Positions 21,056 to 31,427 of a stretch of DNA of 64,000 bases are shown here, one piece after another. Every line of letters starts with the position of its first letter. The first letter of the stretch is position 1. The notes below the pieces were generated by a model. That model ran no database searches and was not told the origin of the DNA. It saw only the letters and a list, made by a program, of their open reading frames with translations. The stretch is taken from positions 1,312,930 through 1,376,929 of the forward strand of contig CBDHFN010000003.1 in NCBI GenBank assembly GCA_965262605.1, given 5' to 3'. Origin of the DNA: Alphaproteobacteria bacterium (GTDB lineage: Bacteria; Pseudomonadota; Alphaproteobacteria; JASGCL01). A program made the translations under genes and the position numbers.

Positions 21056-22687
21056 ATGGAGGATAAAATGCGCGATGTAATGGAATATGATGTTGTTATA
21101 GTTGGGGCGGGTCCCGCGGGATTAAGCGCGGCGATTAAATTAAAGCAAATTAATTCTGATTTAAATGTTTGCGTATTGGAAAAAGGTTCAGAAGTTGGCG
21201 CGCATATTCTTTCGGGTGCTGTGCTTGAACCACGGGCTTTGAATGAGCTTATTCCTGATTGGAAATCCAAAAATGCGCCATTAAATACGCCCGCCACCGA
21301 AGATAATTTTTTGTTTTTAACGCAAAAATCATCGTTTAAATTGCCGACGCCCCCGCAAATGCACAACGAAGGAAATTTTATCATTTCGCTTAGCCAATTT
21401 GTGCGCTGGCTTGGCACGCAAGCCGAAGAATTGGGCGTTGAAATTTATCCGGGATTTGCCGCCGCCGAAGTGCTTTTCAATGAAAATGGCAGTATTAAAG
21501 GTGTCGCAACCGGCGATATGGGCATTGGCAAAGACGGACAAAAAACGGCTAATTACCAAATGGGCATGGAATTGCACGCAAAATATACTATTTTTGCCGA
21601 AGGATGCCGTGGACATTTATCCAAACAATTAATTGATAAATTTGATTTACGCGCCAATTGCCAATTTCAAACTTATGGTATTGGTATTAAAGAATTATGG
21701 GAAATTCCTGCCGAACAATCAAAACCCGGCAAAATCGTGCATACGACTGGCTGGCCCCTTAAATCTGATACATATGGCGGGTCATTCTTATATCATTGTG
21801 CGCAAAATATGGTGGCAATTGGCTTTGTGGTTGGTTTGGATTATAGCAACCCGCATTTATCGCCATACATGGAATTTCAACGATTTAAGCATCACCCAGC
21901 GATTGAACCGACTTTGCGTGGTGGCAAACGCATTTCATATGGCGCAAGGGCAATTAACGAAGGGGGCTATCAGTCAATTCCAAAATTATCCTTACCCGGT
22001 GCCGTATTCGCGGGGTGTAGTGCAGGGTTTGTCAATGTTCCGAAAATAAAAGGCACGCATACCGCCATGAAATCAGCAATGTTAGCCGCCGAATCTATCG
22101 CCAAAGCCTTGGTAAATGGGCAAGAATATTCGGATTTAACTGATTATGAATCTGCGCTTAAAAATTCATGGGTTTATGAAGAATTATATTTATCGCGCAA
22201 TATTCGCCCTTCATTTCATTTCGGTTTATGGGGCGGTATGTTATACAGCGCGATTGATACTTTTTTATTTCGTGGCAAAGCGCCTTGGACTTTTCGCCAT
22301 CCGCAACCCGACCATGAAGCAACTTTATTATCGGCGCAATGCCCGAAAATTAATTACCCAAAACCTGATGGTATTATTAGTTTTGATAGGCTTACCAATG
22401 TGGCATTTTCGGCAACTAATCACGCGGAAAATCAACCCGCGCACTTAACGCTTAAAGACGCATCAGTGCCAGTTGACCATAATTTGAAATATTATGATGC
22501 GCCCGAAACCCGTTATTGCCCCGCAGGCGTTTATGAAATGGTTGATAATGAATCGGGTGGCAAAAAATTACAAATTAATGCGCAAAATTGCGTGCATTGT
22601 AAAACTTGCGATATTAAAGACAGCACTCAAAATATCGTTTGGGTCGTTCCCGAAGGATCTGGCGGACCAAATTACACGCAAATGTAA
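21056..22687 (+). CDS. Electron transfer flavoprotein-ubiquinone oxidoreductase
   Basis: [24 protein letters not shown], and C-terminal [20 protein letters not shown] 4Fe-4S motif. Confidence 0.96.
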   Translation: MEDKMRDVMEYDVVIVGAGPAGLSAAIKLKQINSDLNVCVLEKGSEVGAHILSGAVLEPRALNELIPDWKSKNAPLNTPATEDNFLFLTQKSSFKLPTPPQMHNEGNFIISLSQFVRWLGTQAEELGVEIYPGFAAAEVLFNENGSIKGVATGDMGIGKDGQKTANYQMGMELHAKYTIFAEGCRGHLSKQLIDKFDLRANCQFQTYGIGIKELWEIPAEQSKPGKIVHTTGWPLKSDTYGGSFLYHCAQNMVAIGFVVGLDYSNPHLSPYMEFQRFKHHPAIEPTLRGGKRISYGARAINEGGYQSIPKLSLPGAVFAGCSAGFVNVPKIKGTHTAMKSAMLAAESIAKALVNGQEYSDLTDYESALKNSWVYEELYLSRNIRPSFHFGLWGGMLYSAIDTFLFRGKAPWTFRHPQPDHEATLLSAQCPKINYPKPDGIISFDRLTNVAFSATNHAENQPAHLTLKDASVPVDHNLKYYDAPETRYCPAGVYEMVDNESGGKKLQINAQNCVHCKTCDIKDSTQNIVWVVPEGSGGPNYTQM

Positions 22688-22700
22688 GCGGTGTAAAATT

Positions 22701-23351
22701 TTATTTAAATTCTTCAGATAATAATATTGATTCTTTGGTATATAAATCAATATTATTTGCATTAAATTCATGTTTTATTTGACATTTTAAATGTTCTAGC
22801 GTGATTAATTTATATGAAATTGGCATATAATTTTTTTCATTTTGTTGCATTTCAAAAGCTAAAAGTAAATGTTTTGCATCACAAGAAATTTTAAATTCAG
22901 CCGATGGAGATAAATAAAATGAACGAAATGCACTATTTGAACTTTTTTTGTTAAATGTTTTAATTTCTAAATAAATATTTTCTTCTTGATGTGTTATTAA
23001 TATATCAGGATAGCCAGAATTTTTTAACTTACCCTTTTTTGTTTTAGGTCTAGATGCAATTAACCCAATATTTAATTGATTTATTGCTTCAATTACAGGC
23101 TGTTCAATATAATTACCAACTTCGTTTGGTCTGTCAGAGAAAATTCCACCTTGATTTTTAATATTTTCATAACATTTATTGATTGATTTATGTAATTTAT
23201 CAAGCAAAATGCAGTCTTTAATTTTATCAAATGGCAATAAATCATAACCACTTAAACCTTTTATTATTGTTTCAAATGGCATGTTTTTAATAGGTTTTAC
23301 AAGATTCTGAAATAAATTATCATAAATTTCATATTTTAAATTCTTATCCAT
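22701..23351 (-). CDS. Putative type II restriction endonuclease (PD-(D/E)xK)
   Basis: NEVGNYIE, GYPDILI..YLEIKTF; overlaps the 3' end of a DNA methyltransferase; AT-richer than flanks. Confidence 0.6.
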   Translation of the reverse strand: MDKNLKYEIYDNLFQNLVKPIKNMPFETIIKGLSGYDLLPFDKIKDCILLDKLHKSINKCYENIKNQGGIFSDRPNEVGNYIEQPVIEAINQLNIGLIASRPKTKKGKLKNSGYPDILITHQEENIYLEIKTFNKKSSNSAFRSFYLSPSAEFKISCDAKHLLLAFEMQQNEKNYMPISYKLITLEHLKCQIKHEFNANNIDLYTKESILLSEEFK

Positions 23352-24594
23352 TTGTTTTCCTTAAAATTACCATGCGATTTGTATTTGTTCCTTTGTTGTT
23401 ATTGTTAATTCCCCAAATATTTGCAGTTTTAGTAAAGTTTTGTTGATTAATCATAATGCAAACTACTTCAAGCTGTAATCCTTGAACAGCTTCAATTACG
23501 GCATCTTCTAGTAAAATTTTACCATTTTGTAATTCTCCAACTTCAAAAACAATATGCCCATTGGGTTTTAAAGTTCTGAAAAATTCGCTAAAACATAAGC
23601 GCATATAATTAGTCCAATCATTTGTTTTTTTATATTTTGTTATAGGTATATTGTTAATATCAATACCCGCAAACCATGCTCTTAACCAATTATCTTGGGC
23701 ATAATTTACTATATCTAAAAATGGAGGTGATGTAATAATTAAATCAATTGAGTTAACTTGAATTTCATTAGTTAGATGCGCAGGTTTATTATAGCATACA
23801 AATTCATTCTGATTGTAATTTTTTGGCAATTCGGATAATAAAATTTTTGATTTTTTTAAAATAATATTTTTTATATCACGATAAGGTGGAGTTAAATTGC
23901 GTTTTTCATTAATTCTCTGCTGACTTTTTACTGAAATTGCCTGATTAGGCGGCATAGTAAATCCAGAAAAAAATCCATTAGAATGCCCAGTTAAACGATT
24001 TAATGCTACCATTTTTATCCAATTGTCAATTATATCTAAATTATTTTGTTTGAACAAAAAATATTGTCGTAAATTAGTTAACTCAATTAATGTTTGTGGG
24101 TGATAAAAAACTAATAGTTCTTCATCATATTTTATATCGGTTTTTAAATTTATTTTATTTAATCGCATTTCAATTTCGGTAAATTGCGGAGGGTTTAATC
24201 TTGGTGCTGTAAGCATTAAGCTAATTGGGTTAATATCATTGCCAATGGCTTTTCGGTGCATCAGTTGGCTTTGTATTAAAGTTGTTCCTCTGCCCATAAA
24301 TGGGTCATAAACAACATCTGAATGTTTAGTTAATAAATTTATAAAAAATTCTGGTAATTCTGATTTAAAGCAAGCCCTATAACTAATTTCATGTAATTTA
24401 TTGCCTTGTCGTTGTTTTGATGTCCAAAACTCGTTAACGATATAAAGTAAGTTATTTTTTTGGTATGATGAACTTTTATTACCCTGCCATTCAAATTTTA
24501 ATAAGTAATCCAAAATATCATTTTTATATGAATTATTATAGGTATTATTGCTTTGCAATTCATTATAATTTTGCCAAAGATCAAATTGAAGCAT
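23344..24594 (-). CDS. Site-specific DNA methyltransferase (N4-C/N6-A amino type)
   Basis: Motif I VYDPFMGRGTT before motif IV IITSPPF; HEISYRACFK; start at ATG 24594 or TTG 24651. Confidence 0.88.
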   Translation of the reverse strand: MLQFDLWQNYNELQSNNTYNNSYKNDILDYLLKFEWQGNKSSSYQKNNLLYIVNEFWTSKQRQGNKLHEISYRACFKSELPEFFINLLTKHSDVVYDPFMGRGTTLIQSQLMHRKAIGNDINPISLMLTAPRLNPPQFTEIEMRLNKINLKTDIKYDEELLVFYHPQTLIELTNLRQYFLFKQNNLDIIDNWIKMVALNRLTGHSNGFFSGFTMPPNQAISVKSQQRINEKRNLTPPYRDIKNIILKKSKILLSELPKNYNQNEFVCYNKPAHLTNEIQVNSIDLIITSPPFLDIVNYAQDNWLRAWFAGIDINNIPITKYKKTNDWTNYMRLCFSEFFRTLKPNGHIVFEVGELQNGKILLEDAVIEAVQGLQLEVVCIMINQQNFTKTANIWGINNNNKGTNTNRMVILRKTNG

Positions 24595-24678
24595 GGTGGA
24601 ACTCTTTATTTTATTTACTATTGATATTAAATGATTCCAGCAAATTGTCAAATAAGAAATTTGATTAATTTTACAGCG

Positions 24679-25014
24679 TCATACCATAAATGATTCGCCA
24701 CAACCGCATCGTGCTTTTTCATTGGGGTTTTTAAATACAAAACTTGAAGTAAATTTTTCATCACGCCAATCCATTTCGGTGCCGATTAAAAACATAATGG
24801 CGGCGGGGTCAATCATGATTTTTACGCCTTTATCGGTAATGACTTCTTCAAATTTTTGAACATCATGGGCATATTCAACTTGATAAGACATGCCAGAGCA
24901 GCCTTTTTTGGCTAATTTAATCCGTAAGCCAATAATATTTTCATCTGGGGCATTTGCCATTATTTGTTTGACTTGCTGAGCAGCAATATCCGTGATAGTA
25001 AGAACTTGATTCAT
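24679..25014 (-). CDS. A-type Fe-S carrier (IscA/SufA/HesB family)
   Basis: KGCSGMSY and NPNEKARCGCGESF motifs. Confidence 0.95.
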   Translation of the reverse strand: MNQVLTITDIAAQQVKQIMANAPDENIIGLRIKLAKKGCSGMSYQVEYAHDVQKFEEVITDKGVKIMIDPAAIMFLIGTEMDWRDEKFTSSFVFKNPNEKARCGCGESFMV

Positions 25015-25027
25015 AAGATTAATATAG

Positions 25028-25039
25028 TGATTTAAATCA
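25028..25039. promoter_or_regulatory. TGATTTAAATCA palindrome between divergent iscA/sufA and the dioxygenase cassette
   Basis: Same 12-bp core as upstream of arcD and napE. Confidence 0.4.
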
Positions 25040-25095
25040 GATAAATCAAGTTTTTTATGCTTGACAAGATTATAAATATCTTTATTTTATTGAAC

Positions 25096-26064
25096 ATGGA
25101 TTTATTAAAATTTAAAACTTATATGCTTGATGGCATGTGTAATTTTGTACATCATCTGCCGATAAAAGCAATTGATATTGCCAGCCATGCGCATTATTTA
25201 AGCCAAGCTAGCAAGAAATTTTGTGAAGAATCTGGCTTGCATGGTGGTTTTTGTGAAAATCATGAAAATCATGAAAATCATGAAAAAATCAAAGAATTGC
25301 AAGAAAATGGCGTAATTACCATAGATAATTTAGTTGATAAGCAAGAATTAAAAAAATTTACCCAAGATTTAAATGATTTGCCAACATTTGCGGGACATGT
25401 TTTGAATCGTTATCGCGAAGATAATCATAAAGGTTTAAAATTATCACAAAGACTTATGCGCGATGATTGGTCGCAAATTTGTATGCATCAGCAAGATATT
25501 CTTAATCAAGAATTTGTTATTAAATTACTGACAAATAATAATTTAATGGAAATTTTATATCAGTTTATGGGTTGCTTGCCCGTGTTTTATCAAGCAAATA
25601 TTATGTATAATAATCATTCTTCGTCAATCAATGATTTGATGATTAGGCGGGGCAACGAATGGCATCGTGATTATGAAAATATTCGCCCCCTAGTCGTTTT
25701 TATTTATTTGACTGATATTTATGAATTAAGCCAAGGTCCGCAACGATATTTGCGAAAAAGCCATCTTGAAGATAAAGATATAAATTTTGGCAATTATGAT
25801 GCTGAAATAATTGATAAAAACTGGAATAAAGCAAACGAGACTACAATTTATGGTCAGGCAGGCACAACAATAATTAACACGCCTTTCGGTATGCACTATG
25901 GCGTGCCCCCTTCAATTGGGCATCGGGGGATTTTATGGTTAAGATTCGGCATGTTTGGCAATATGGTAAAAAATGACACGGGCGAAGCCAAAATAAATCC
26001 AGATATATTGAATAAATTTGCGCCAAGCCTTAAAAATAAATTTGTTTTACAGGAATATATTTAA
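25096..26064 (+). CDS. Divergent Fe(II)/2-oxoglutarate dioxygenase, PhyH-like
   Basis: WHRD (HxD), VFIYLTD, GP..Y.RKSH, GQAGT and distal His in GMHYG; ATG at 25096 or 25057. Confidence 0.65.
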   Translation: MDLLKFKTYMLDGMCNFVHHLPIKAIDIASHAHYLSQASKKFCEESGLHGGFCENHENHENHEKIKELQENGVITIDNLVDKQELKKFTQDLNDLPTFAGHVLNRYREDNHKGLKLSQRLMRDDWSQICMHQQDILNQEFVIKLLTNNNLMEILYQFMGCLPVFYQANIMYNNHSSSINDLMIRRGNEWHRDYENIRPLVVFIYLTDIYELSQGPQRYLRKSHLEDKDINFGNYDAEIIDKNWNKANETTIYGQAGTTIINTPFGMHYGVPPSIGHRGILWLRFGMFGNMVKNDTGEAKINPDILNKFAPSLKNKFVLQEYI

Positions 26065-26990
26065 TGGCTAAATTTATCATTAAAGATATTATTAAAGAAA
26101 ACTTATCGCCAGAATTTCACGGACAATTGCCCGATGATATTGGTGAATTTGAATTTAACGCAACGATACTAAAAGACGATGAAATTCGGCAATTAACCAA
26201 TGAGTTATTGGATAAAATTCAACAAAATTCTTATACAAAAGTTGGCAAACATCGCCATGATATTTGGGAAAAAGGTTGGGCGGGTGATGGTATTTATAAA
26301 GAAAATGACGCACCATATGAAAAATTACCTTATTATTCCAATCGTGAAAAAATAATTCGCATAAAAAATAAATTATATATGACTGATACAAAATTTGTGC
26401 AAATTCAAATTATTCGTGCCATGCAGTTTTTAATAATTCCCCAGATAATGGCTAAATTTTCGGTGGCAAAATTGGCGGAATATGGTTGTGGCACAGGGCA
26501 TAATTTACATTTTTTGCATAAAATTGGCATAAAAACCAGTGATTTATACGCGTTTGATTGGGCGCAATCGGCGATTGATGGGATAATTGAATCGGGCGTG
26601 GTTGCGCCGCAAAACGCCCAAAGGCTTGATTATTTTGACCAAGCAACATACAATGCCCCTGATGCTAATTTTTTGGCATATACGAATCACTCTTTGGAAC
26701 AAACTGGCAATAATTACCATGATTTTATTAATTATTTAATAAAAAATCCTAATTGCCAAGGTGGCGTGCATTTTGAAATTATGAATGATGTGTTATTTGA
26801 TTCATCAGAATCCGGGCTTTTATCGCAAGTATATTCGCAATACCGCCATTATTTAAGCGGTTTTGGCAATTTTATGAAATTAAATGAATATGCGAAAAAG
26901 CTTGAAATATTATATTTCAAACCATGTTTCATTGGTGCGGAATATTGTGAAGCTAACTCAATTTTAATTTGGAGGAAAAAACATGCTTGA
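26064..26990 (+). CDS. Class I SAM-dependent methyltransferase-like protein
   Basis: LAEYGCGTGHNL SAM-binding motif, FDW, HSLEQ; TAATG-coupled to the upstream gene. Confidence 0.7.
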   Translation: MAKFIIKDIIKENLSPEFHGQLPDDIGEFEFNATILKDDEIRQLTNELLDKIQQNSYTKVGKHRHDIWEKGWAGDGIYKENDAPYEKLPYYSNREKIIRIKNKLYMTDTKFVQIQIIRAMQFLIIPQIMAKFSVAKLAEYGCGTGHNLHFLHKIGIKTSDLYAFDWAQSAIDGIIESGVVAPQNAQRLDYFDQATYNAPDANFLAYTNHSLEQTGNNYHDFINYLIKNPNCQGGVHFEIMNDVLFDSSESGLLSQVYSQYRHYLSGFGNFMKLNEYAKKLEILYFKPCFIGAEYCEANSILIWRKKHA

Positions 26991-27675
26991 ATATTATAAA
27001 TTTTATCAAGAAAATGGCTTTGTTATTATTCCGCAATTAAATGCAAAAAATCTTGATTATTTGCGCAGTTTAGATAAATTAATAACCGAAAAACATCATA
27101 AACCCGCCCAAGTCACAAATTCCGTGCAAGAATTAGAGCCGCAAGTCAAAAAAATTATGGGTTATCAAGGAATTTTTGATTTTATGTCTTTATGTGTTGG
27201 CGGCGAACCATTGGGTGTTGATGCGCAATATTCATTTGGTAATGTTAAATTAAAGGGTTTTTTAGATCATCAAGATAATTTTTATGCGCAATCGCCATAT
27301 GGTTGCTATGCGTCTGCTTGGACGGCAATTGATGATGCGGATGTCGGTAATGGTTGTTTATATGTGATTCCAAAATCCCATTTATTGCCAACGATTAACC
27401 ATGTTGATTCGCATCAAGTTCAAGATGACAAACAACCAAGAACTGCCCGCGCCATTGTCGTAGATTATCCAATAAATGACAATGAAAAATTACCAGCAAT
27501 AATGAAATCTGGCGATGTTATTTTTATCCATGGCAATGTTATTCATGGGTCATTTGATAATAATTCTGAACGAACCAGACGCAATTTATTACTTACATTT
27601 GTTAAGGAAAAAACCTTTATCCGCGATGGCAATTATGTCAAACGCACACCATTTAAACTTGAACGATGGGCGTAA
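26983..27675 (+). CDS. Phytanoyl-CoA dioxygenase (PhyH) family protein
   Basis: FYQENGFVII, HQDNFY, WTAIDDA..NGCLYVIPKSH, GDVIFIHGNVIHGS..N.S.R.R. Confidence 0.88.
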   Translation: MLEYYKFYQENGFVIIPQLNAKNLDYLRSLDKLITEKHHKPAQVTNSVQELEPQVKKIMGYQGIFDFMSLCVGGEPLGVDAQYSFGNVKLKGFLDHQDNFYAQSPYGCYASAWTAIDDADVGNGCLYVIPKSHLLPTINHVDSHQVQDDKQPRTARAIVVDYPINDNEKLPAIMKSGDVIFIHGNVIHGSFDNNSERTRRNLLLTFVKEKTFIRDGNYVKRTPFKLERWA

Positions 27676-28464
27676 TTAATCGGCGAAGGCTTTTTCAATC
27701 ACAAAATCACCGGGGGCGGAATTTGATCCTTCGTTGAACCCTAAATCTTGTAATATTTTTTTAATGTCAAGCAGCATTGCCATTGACCCGCATATCATTG
27801 CGCGATCAGTGCTTGGGTTTAAAGGCGCGATATTATGATTTTTATAAAATTGCCCGTTTAGTATTAAATCGGTGATTCTGCCCATATTTTTGGAATTTTC
27901 ACGGGTGGTATAATCATGCAAATGTAATTTATCGCCAATCATTTCGCTTAAAAATTCGTCATGATATAAAGATTTAACTAATTCTTGGCTATATTGCAAT
28001 TCTGCGGCTTCACGGGTTGTGTGAATGGCATGTATTTGCGCGAATTTTTCATATGCTTCTGGTTCGCGAATAATGCTGGCAAAGGGCGCAAATCCAGTGC
28101 CAGTGGCGAATAAAAACAATCTTTTCGCGGGTAATAAGGCGTCCATCACCAAAGTTCCTGTGGATTTTTTGCGAATCCAAATTTTGTCTTTGGGCTGAAT
28201 TAATTGTAATTTTGATGTTAAGGGACCATCAGGCACTTTAATGGAGAAAAATTCTAAATTTTCAAGCCAATTAGGGCTTGCGATAGAGTAGGCGCGCCAT
28301 ACAGGTTTTTCACTTGGCAAGCCAATCATGACAAATTCCCCCGAACGAAACCGAAATTCTTGGGGGCGATCGGTGGTAAAGCTAAATAATCGGCTTGTGT
28401 AATGTTTGATGGTTTGAACTTCAAGCTCATAAACGCCGTTGGGCACAAGGAAATCTAAACTCAT
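27676..28464 (-). CDS. fpr: Ferredoxin-NADP+ reductase
   Basis: FRSGEFVMIGL, RAYSIASP, DGPLTSKLQ, TGTGFAPF, MICGS and C-terminal EKAF motifs. Confidence 0.94.
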   Translation of the reverse strand: MSLDFLVPNGVYELEVQTIKHYTSRLFSFTTDRPQEFRFRSGEFVMIGLPSEKPVWRAYSIASPNWLENLEFFSIKVPDGPLTSKLQLIQPKDKIWIRKKSTGTLVMDALLPAKRLFLFATGTGFAPFASIIREPEAYEKFAQIHAIHTTREAAELQYSQELVKSLYHDEFLSEMIGDKLHLHDYTTRENSKNMGRITDLILNGQFYKNHNIAPLNPSTDRAMICGSMAMLLDIKKILQDLGFNEGSNSAPGDFVIEKAFAD

Positions 28465-29351
28465 GCGATTAAACCAGCATGACTCATGGCGGATTGCACT
28501 AAATTTTTGCCATTATCGCTTAATTGGCTTAATGGCAAGCGAACTTTTGTGCCTGATTTACCCAAAAGACTTAAAGCATATTTTGTCGGTGCTGGCGAAT
28601 TTTCGCAAAATAAAGCGCGTGCAAGGGGGGCTAATTTATCGCGAACTCGTGCAAAATTGGCTAAATCGCCTTTCGCCCAAAAGCTTTGTAATTCGGCATT
28701 TAATTTCGGCGCAACATTCGCGACAACCGAAATACACCCATGCCCGCCCATCGCCAAAAAGGCAGGGCTTGAATCATCATTACCCGAAAATTGCAAAAAA
28801 TTATCACCCAAAGCTAATTTTTGGTCAACAACCCGCGGAATATCGCCAGTTGCGTCCTTGACCCCAATAATATTTGGGCAATCATCAACCAATCTTTTCA
28901 TGGTTGCAATGGACATATCCATAATGGAACGGCTGGGAATATTATAGATAAAAACGGGAATTTTTACGCTTTTGGCGACGGCTTGAAAATGCAAAAATTG
29001 CCCCTCTGGCGAAGGTTTATTATAATATGGCATCACAACTAACAAAGCATCTGCCCCCAATTTTTCACAATTTTGCGCCAAAGAAACGGCTTCTTTGGTA
29101 GAATTTGAACCAGCACCGGCAATAATTGGCACGCGCTTTTTGGCGGTTTTTATGGCTAAATCAACGACATGCAGATGCTCTTCGTGCGACAAAGTAGGCG
29201 ACTCGCCCGTTGTTCCCATGGGAACTAAGCCATTTGTGCCTTCGTTTATTTGCCATTCAACGAATTCGCAAAATTGTTTATCATTAACTTCGCCATTATC
29301 ATGTAATGGGGTGATTAATGCAGGTATTGAACCATAAAATTTTGTGTTCAT
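28461..29351 (-). CDS. dapA: 4-hydroxy-tetrahydrodipicolinate synthase
   Basis: GTTGESPTL, GAGSNST, PYYNKP, YNIPSR and GVKDATG motifs. Confidence 0.96.
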   Translation of the reverse strand: MNTKFYGSIPALITPLHDNGEVNDKQFCEFVEWQINEGTNGLVPMGTTGESPTLSHEEHLHVVDLAIKTAKKRVPIIAGAGSNSTKEAVSLAQNCEKLGADALLVVMPYYNKPSPEGQFLHFQAVAKSVKIPVFIYNIPSRSIMDMSIATMKRLVDDCPNIIGVKDATGDIPRVVDQKLALGDNFLQFSGNDDSSPAFLAMGGHGCISVVANVAPKLNAELQSFWAKGDLANFARVRDKLAPLARALFCENSPAPTKYALSLLGKSGTKVRLPLSQLSDNGKNLVQSAMSHAGLIA

Positions 29352-29436
29352 AACATTTTCCTCTTGTTATTTGCCAAGATTCATATATTATTTTTTTTGT
29401 AATTTCAAGAAAATATTGCAACATTATGGAGGTTGT

Positions 29437-30417
29437 ATGAGCATTAGCGGAACAGATATTGAATTAGCTTGGAAAATCATTCAAAAATATCAAAAATTGG
29501 GCGTAATTTATCAAACACCCATCGTAGAATCGCCAATTTTAAATAAGCAATTAGGCTTTCGTTTATTCCTTAAATGCGAAAATTTACAAGCATCGGGCGC
29601 GTTTAAAGCCCGTGGTGCATTTAATAAAATCACAAATTTAATGAAAACCAACCCCAAATTATCCCATGTCATCGCGGTTAGTTCGGGCAATCATGCGCAA
29701 GCTGTGGCTATGGTTGCGCAATATTTTGGCATAAAATCAACAATTATTATGCCAGACACAACACCGCAAACAAAAATTGTCCGAACTAAGGCTTGGGGGG
29801 GTGAAGTCGTGCTTTTTAATCGGCTTACCCAAGACCGCGAAGCTATCGGGCGCGAATTATGCGCAAAATATAACGCGCCAATGGTGCATCCGTTTGATGA
29901 TGAATTTGTCATGGCAGGGCAGGGCACAATTGGCTTAGAATTATGGCATCAATTGCAAAAAATTAAATGCACCCCCGATATAGTCGCTGTGCCAATCGGT
30001 GGTGGCGGTATGATAAGTGGCATAAGCACGGCATTAAACCCGCGGGGCATAAAAATTTGGGGCGCAGAACCCGAATATTATGATGATTTTAAATTGGCAT
30101 TGGAAACGGGCGAAAAACGGGTGAATGACCCAACGAAACCATCGCTTAGCGATGCTTTATTATCGCCGACACCGGGCACACTGACTTTGCCTGTGGTAAA
30201 AAAATTAGTGGAAAAAATTATCGTCCAAAGCGATATTCAAGTAAAATCCGCGATGCAAATTTGCGCAAGCGAATTTCGGCAAATTTGCGAACCCGGTGGC
30301 GCGATAGCTTTGGCAGCAATTCTCCATGAAACACAAGCTTTGCAAGGCAAAACCGCAGTCGCCATTATTTCTGGTGGCAATGTTGATTTTGAAATTTACA
30401 AAAAATGTATTGCGTGA
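29437..30417 (+). CDS. PLP-dependent threonine/serine dehydratase
   Basis: KCENLQASGAFKARGA, SSGNHAQ, PIGGGG and ISGGN motifs; ATG at 29437 follows GGAGG. Confidence 0.9.
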   Translation: MSISGTDIELAWKIIQKYQKLGVIYQTPIVESPILNKQLGFRLFLKCENLQASGAFKARGAFNKITNLMKTNPKLSHVIAVSSGNHAQAVAMVAQYFGIKSTIIMPDTTPQTKIVRTKAWGGEVVLFNRLTQDREAIGRELCAKYNAPMVHPFDDEFVMAGQGTIGLELWHQLQKIKCTPDIVAVPIGGGGMISGISTALNPRGIKIWGAEPEYYDDFKLALETGEKRVNDPTKPSLSDALLSPTPGTLTLPVVKKLVEKIIVQSDIQVKSAMQICASEFRQICEPGGAIALAAILHETQALQGKTAVAIISGGNVDFEIYKKCIA

Positions 30418-30590
30418 TTAAGCCAAGCTATTTAATAAATCTGGAATATTAGTATATTTAAAATCTGATTTGAACGAATTATTATTTGCTGTTGCGTTAG
30501 ATATTGATTCTTTTGCGTGATTGAGATGAGTATAAAATTTATTGATAAATTCTTTTGCGTTACCTATAATCAAGAATGATTTTTTTAAAA

Positions 30591-31427
30591 TTAATTATAT
30601 ATATTTTGAATTAACTTATATAAATTATTCCTTGATAAATTAGTAAATTTTTGACATTTTTCAAGGGCGGATTTTGCCGAAATTCCCGACAAATGACAAA
30701 GATTAATTAATTCATTTGCTAAGATTTCTTGATTAAGTTGTTGATTTTCTTGGGGAATTTTATCTAAAATCATAACAATTTCGCCCAAAATTTTTGGAGT
30801 GTTTGCTAATTTTTGCGCTAATTCTTGGGCGGGAAGTGTAATTTTTTCTTCGTAAATTTTGGTTAATTCGCGCCCCATAAAAATCATCGGATTGCCAAAA
30901 TTTGCGATAATTTCGGCGACAAATTGCTTGGCATCGTGGGGGGGGACTAAAAAAATACTGACGCCTTTATGGTTTGGAATTTCATGCCAAATTGCCGTGC
31001 GCGCAATGTTTTTTTCGGGCAAAAATCCATAAAAATGAAATTCATCTGACGGCAAGCCGCTTGCCATCAGGGCGGTAATTATGGCGCAAGCCCCGGGGAT
31101 AGGAATTATTTCAACGCCTTCGCTTTGTGCCAATTTAACTAAGCGATAACCCGGGTCGGCGATGCACGGCGAACCACCATCACTGACAAGCGCGATTTTA
31201 GTGCCTTGTTTCGCCAAATTAATTAATTTTTCGGCTGATTTTTGTTCATTAAAATTATGATAACTAATAATTTTTTTATTTAGGCATAATTTTTGCAACA
31301 AGTTAGCTGTATTACGCGAATCTTCGGCGGCGACAATATCGCACATGGTTAATATTTCAATTGCCCGTGCCGATAAATCACTAAGATTACCGATGGGAGT
31401 CGCAACAAGATAAATTGGAGTTTTCAT
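30591..31427 (-). CDS. rsmI: 16S rRNA C1402 2'-O-methyltransferase
   Basis: YLVATPIGNL.D, AEDSR, VSDGGSPCIADPG and RELTKIYEE motifs; ATG at 31427. Confidence 0.95.
   Translation of the reverse strand: MKTPIYLVATPIGNLSDLSARAIEILTMCDIVAAEDSRNTANLLQKLCLNKKIISYHNFNEQKSAEKLINLAKQGTKIALVSDGGSPCIADPGYRLVKLAQSEGVEIIPIPGACAIITALMASGLPSDEFHFYGFLPEKNIARTAIWHEIPNHKGVSIFLVPPHDAKQFVAEIIANFGNPMIFMGRELTKIYEEKITLPAQELAQKLANTPKILGEIVMILDKIPQENQQLNQEILANELINLCHLSGISAKSALEKCQKFTNLSRNNLYKLIQNIYN

Noticed and set aside
30418-30588. About 56-codon open frame on the minus strand after rsmI
   Set aside because: It has no ATG or RBS and no recognisable motif; it could be a gene remnant but is unsupported.
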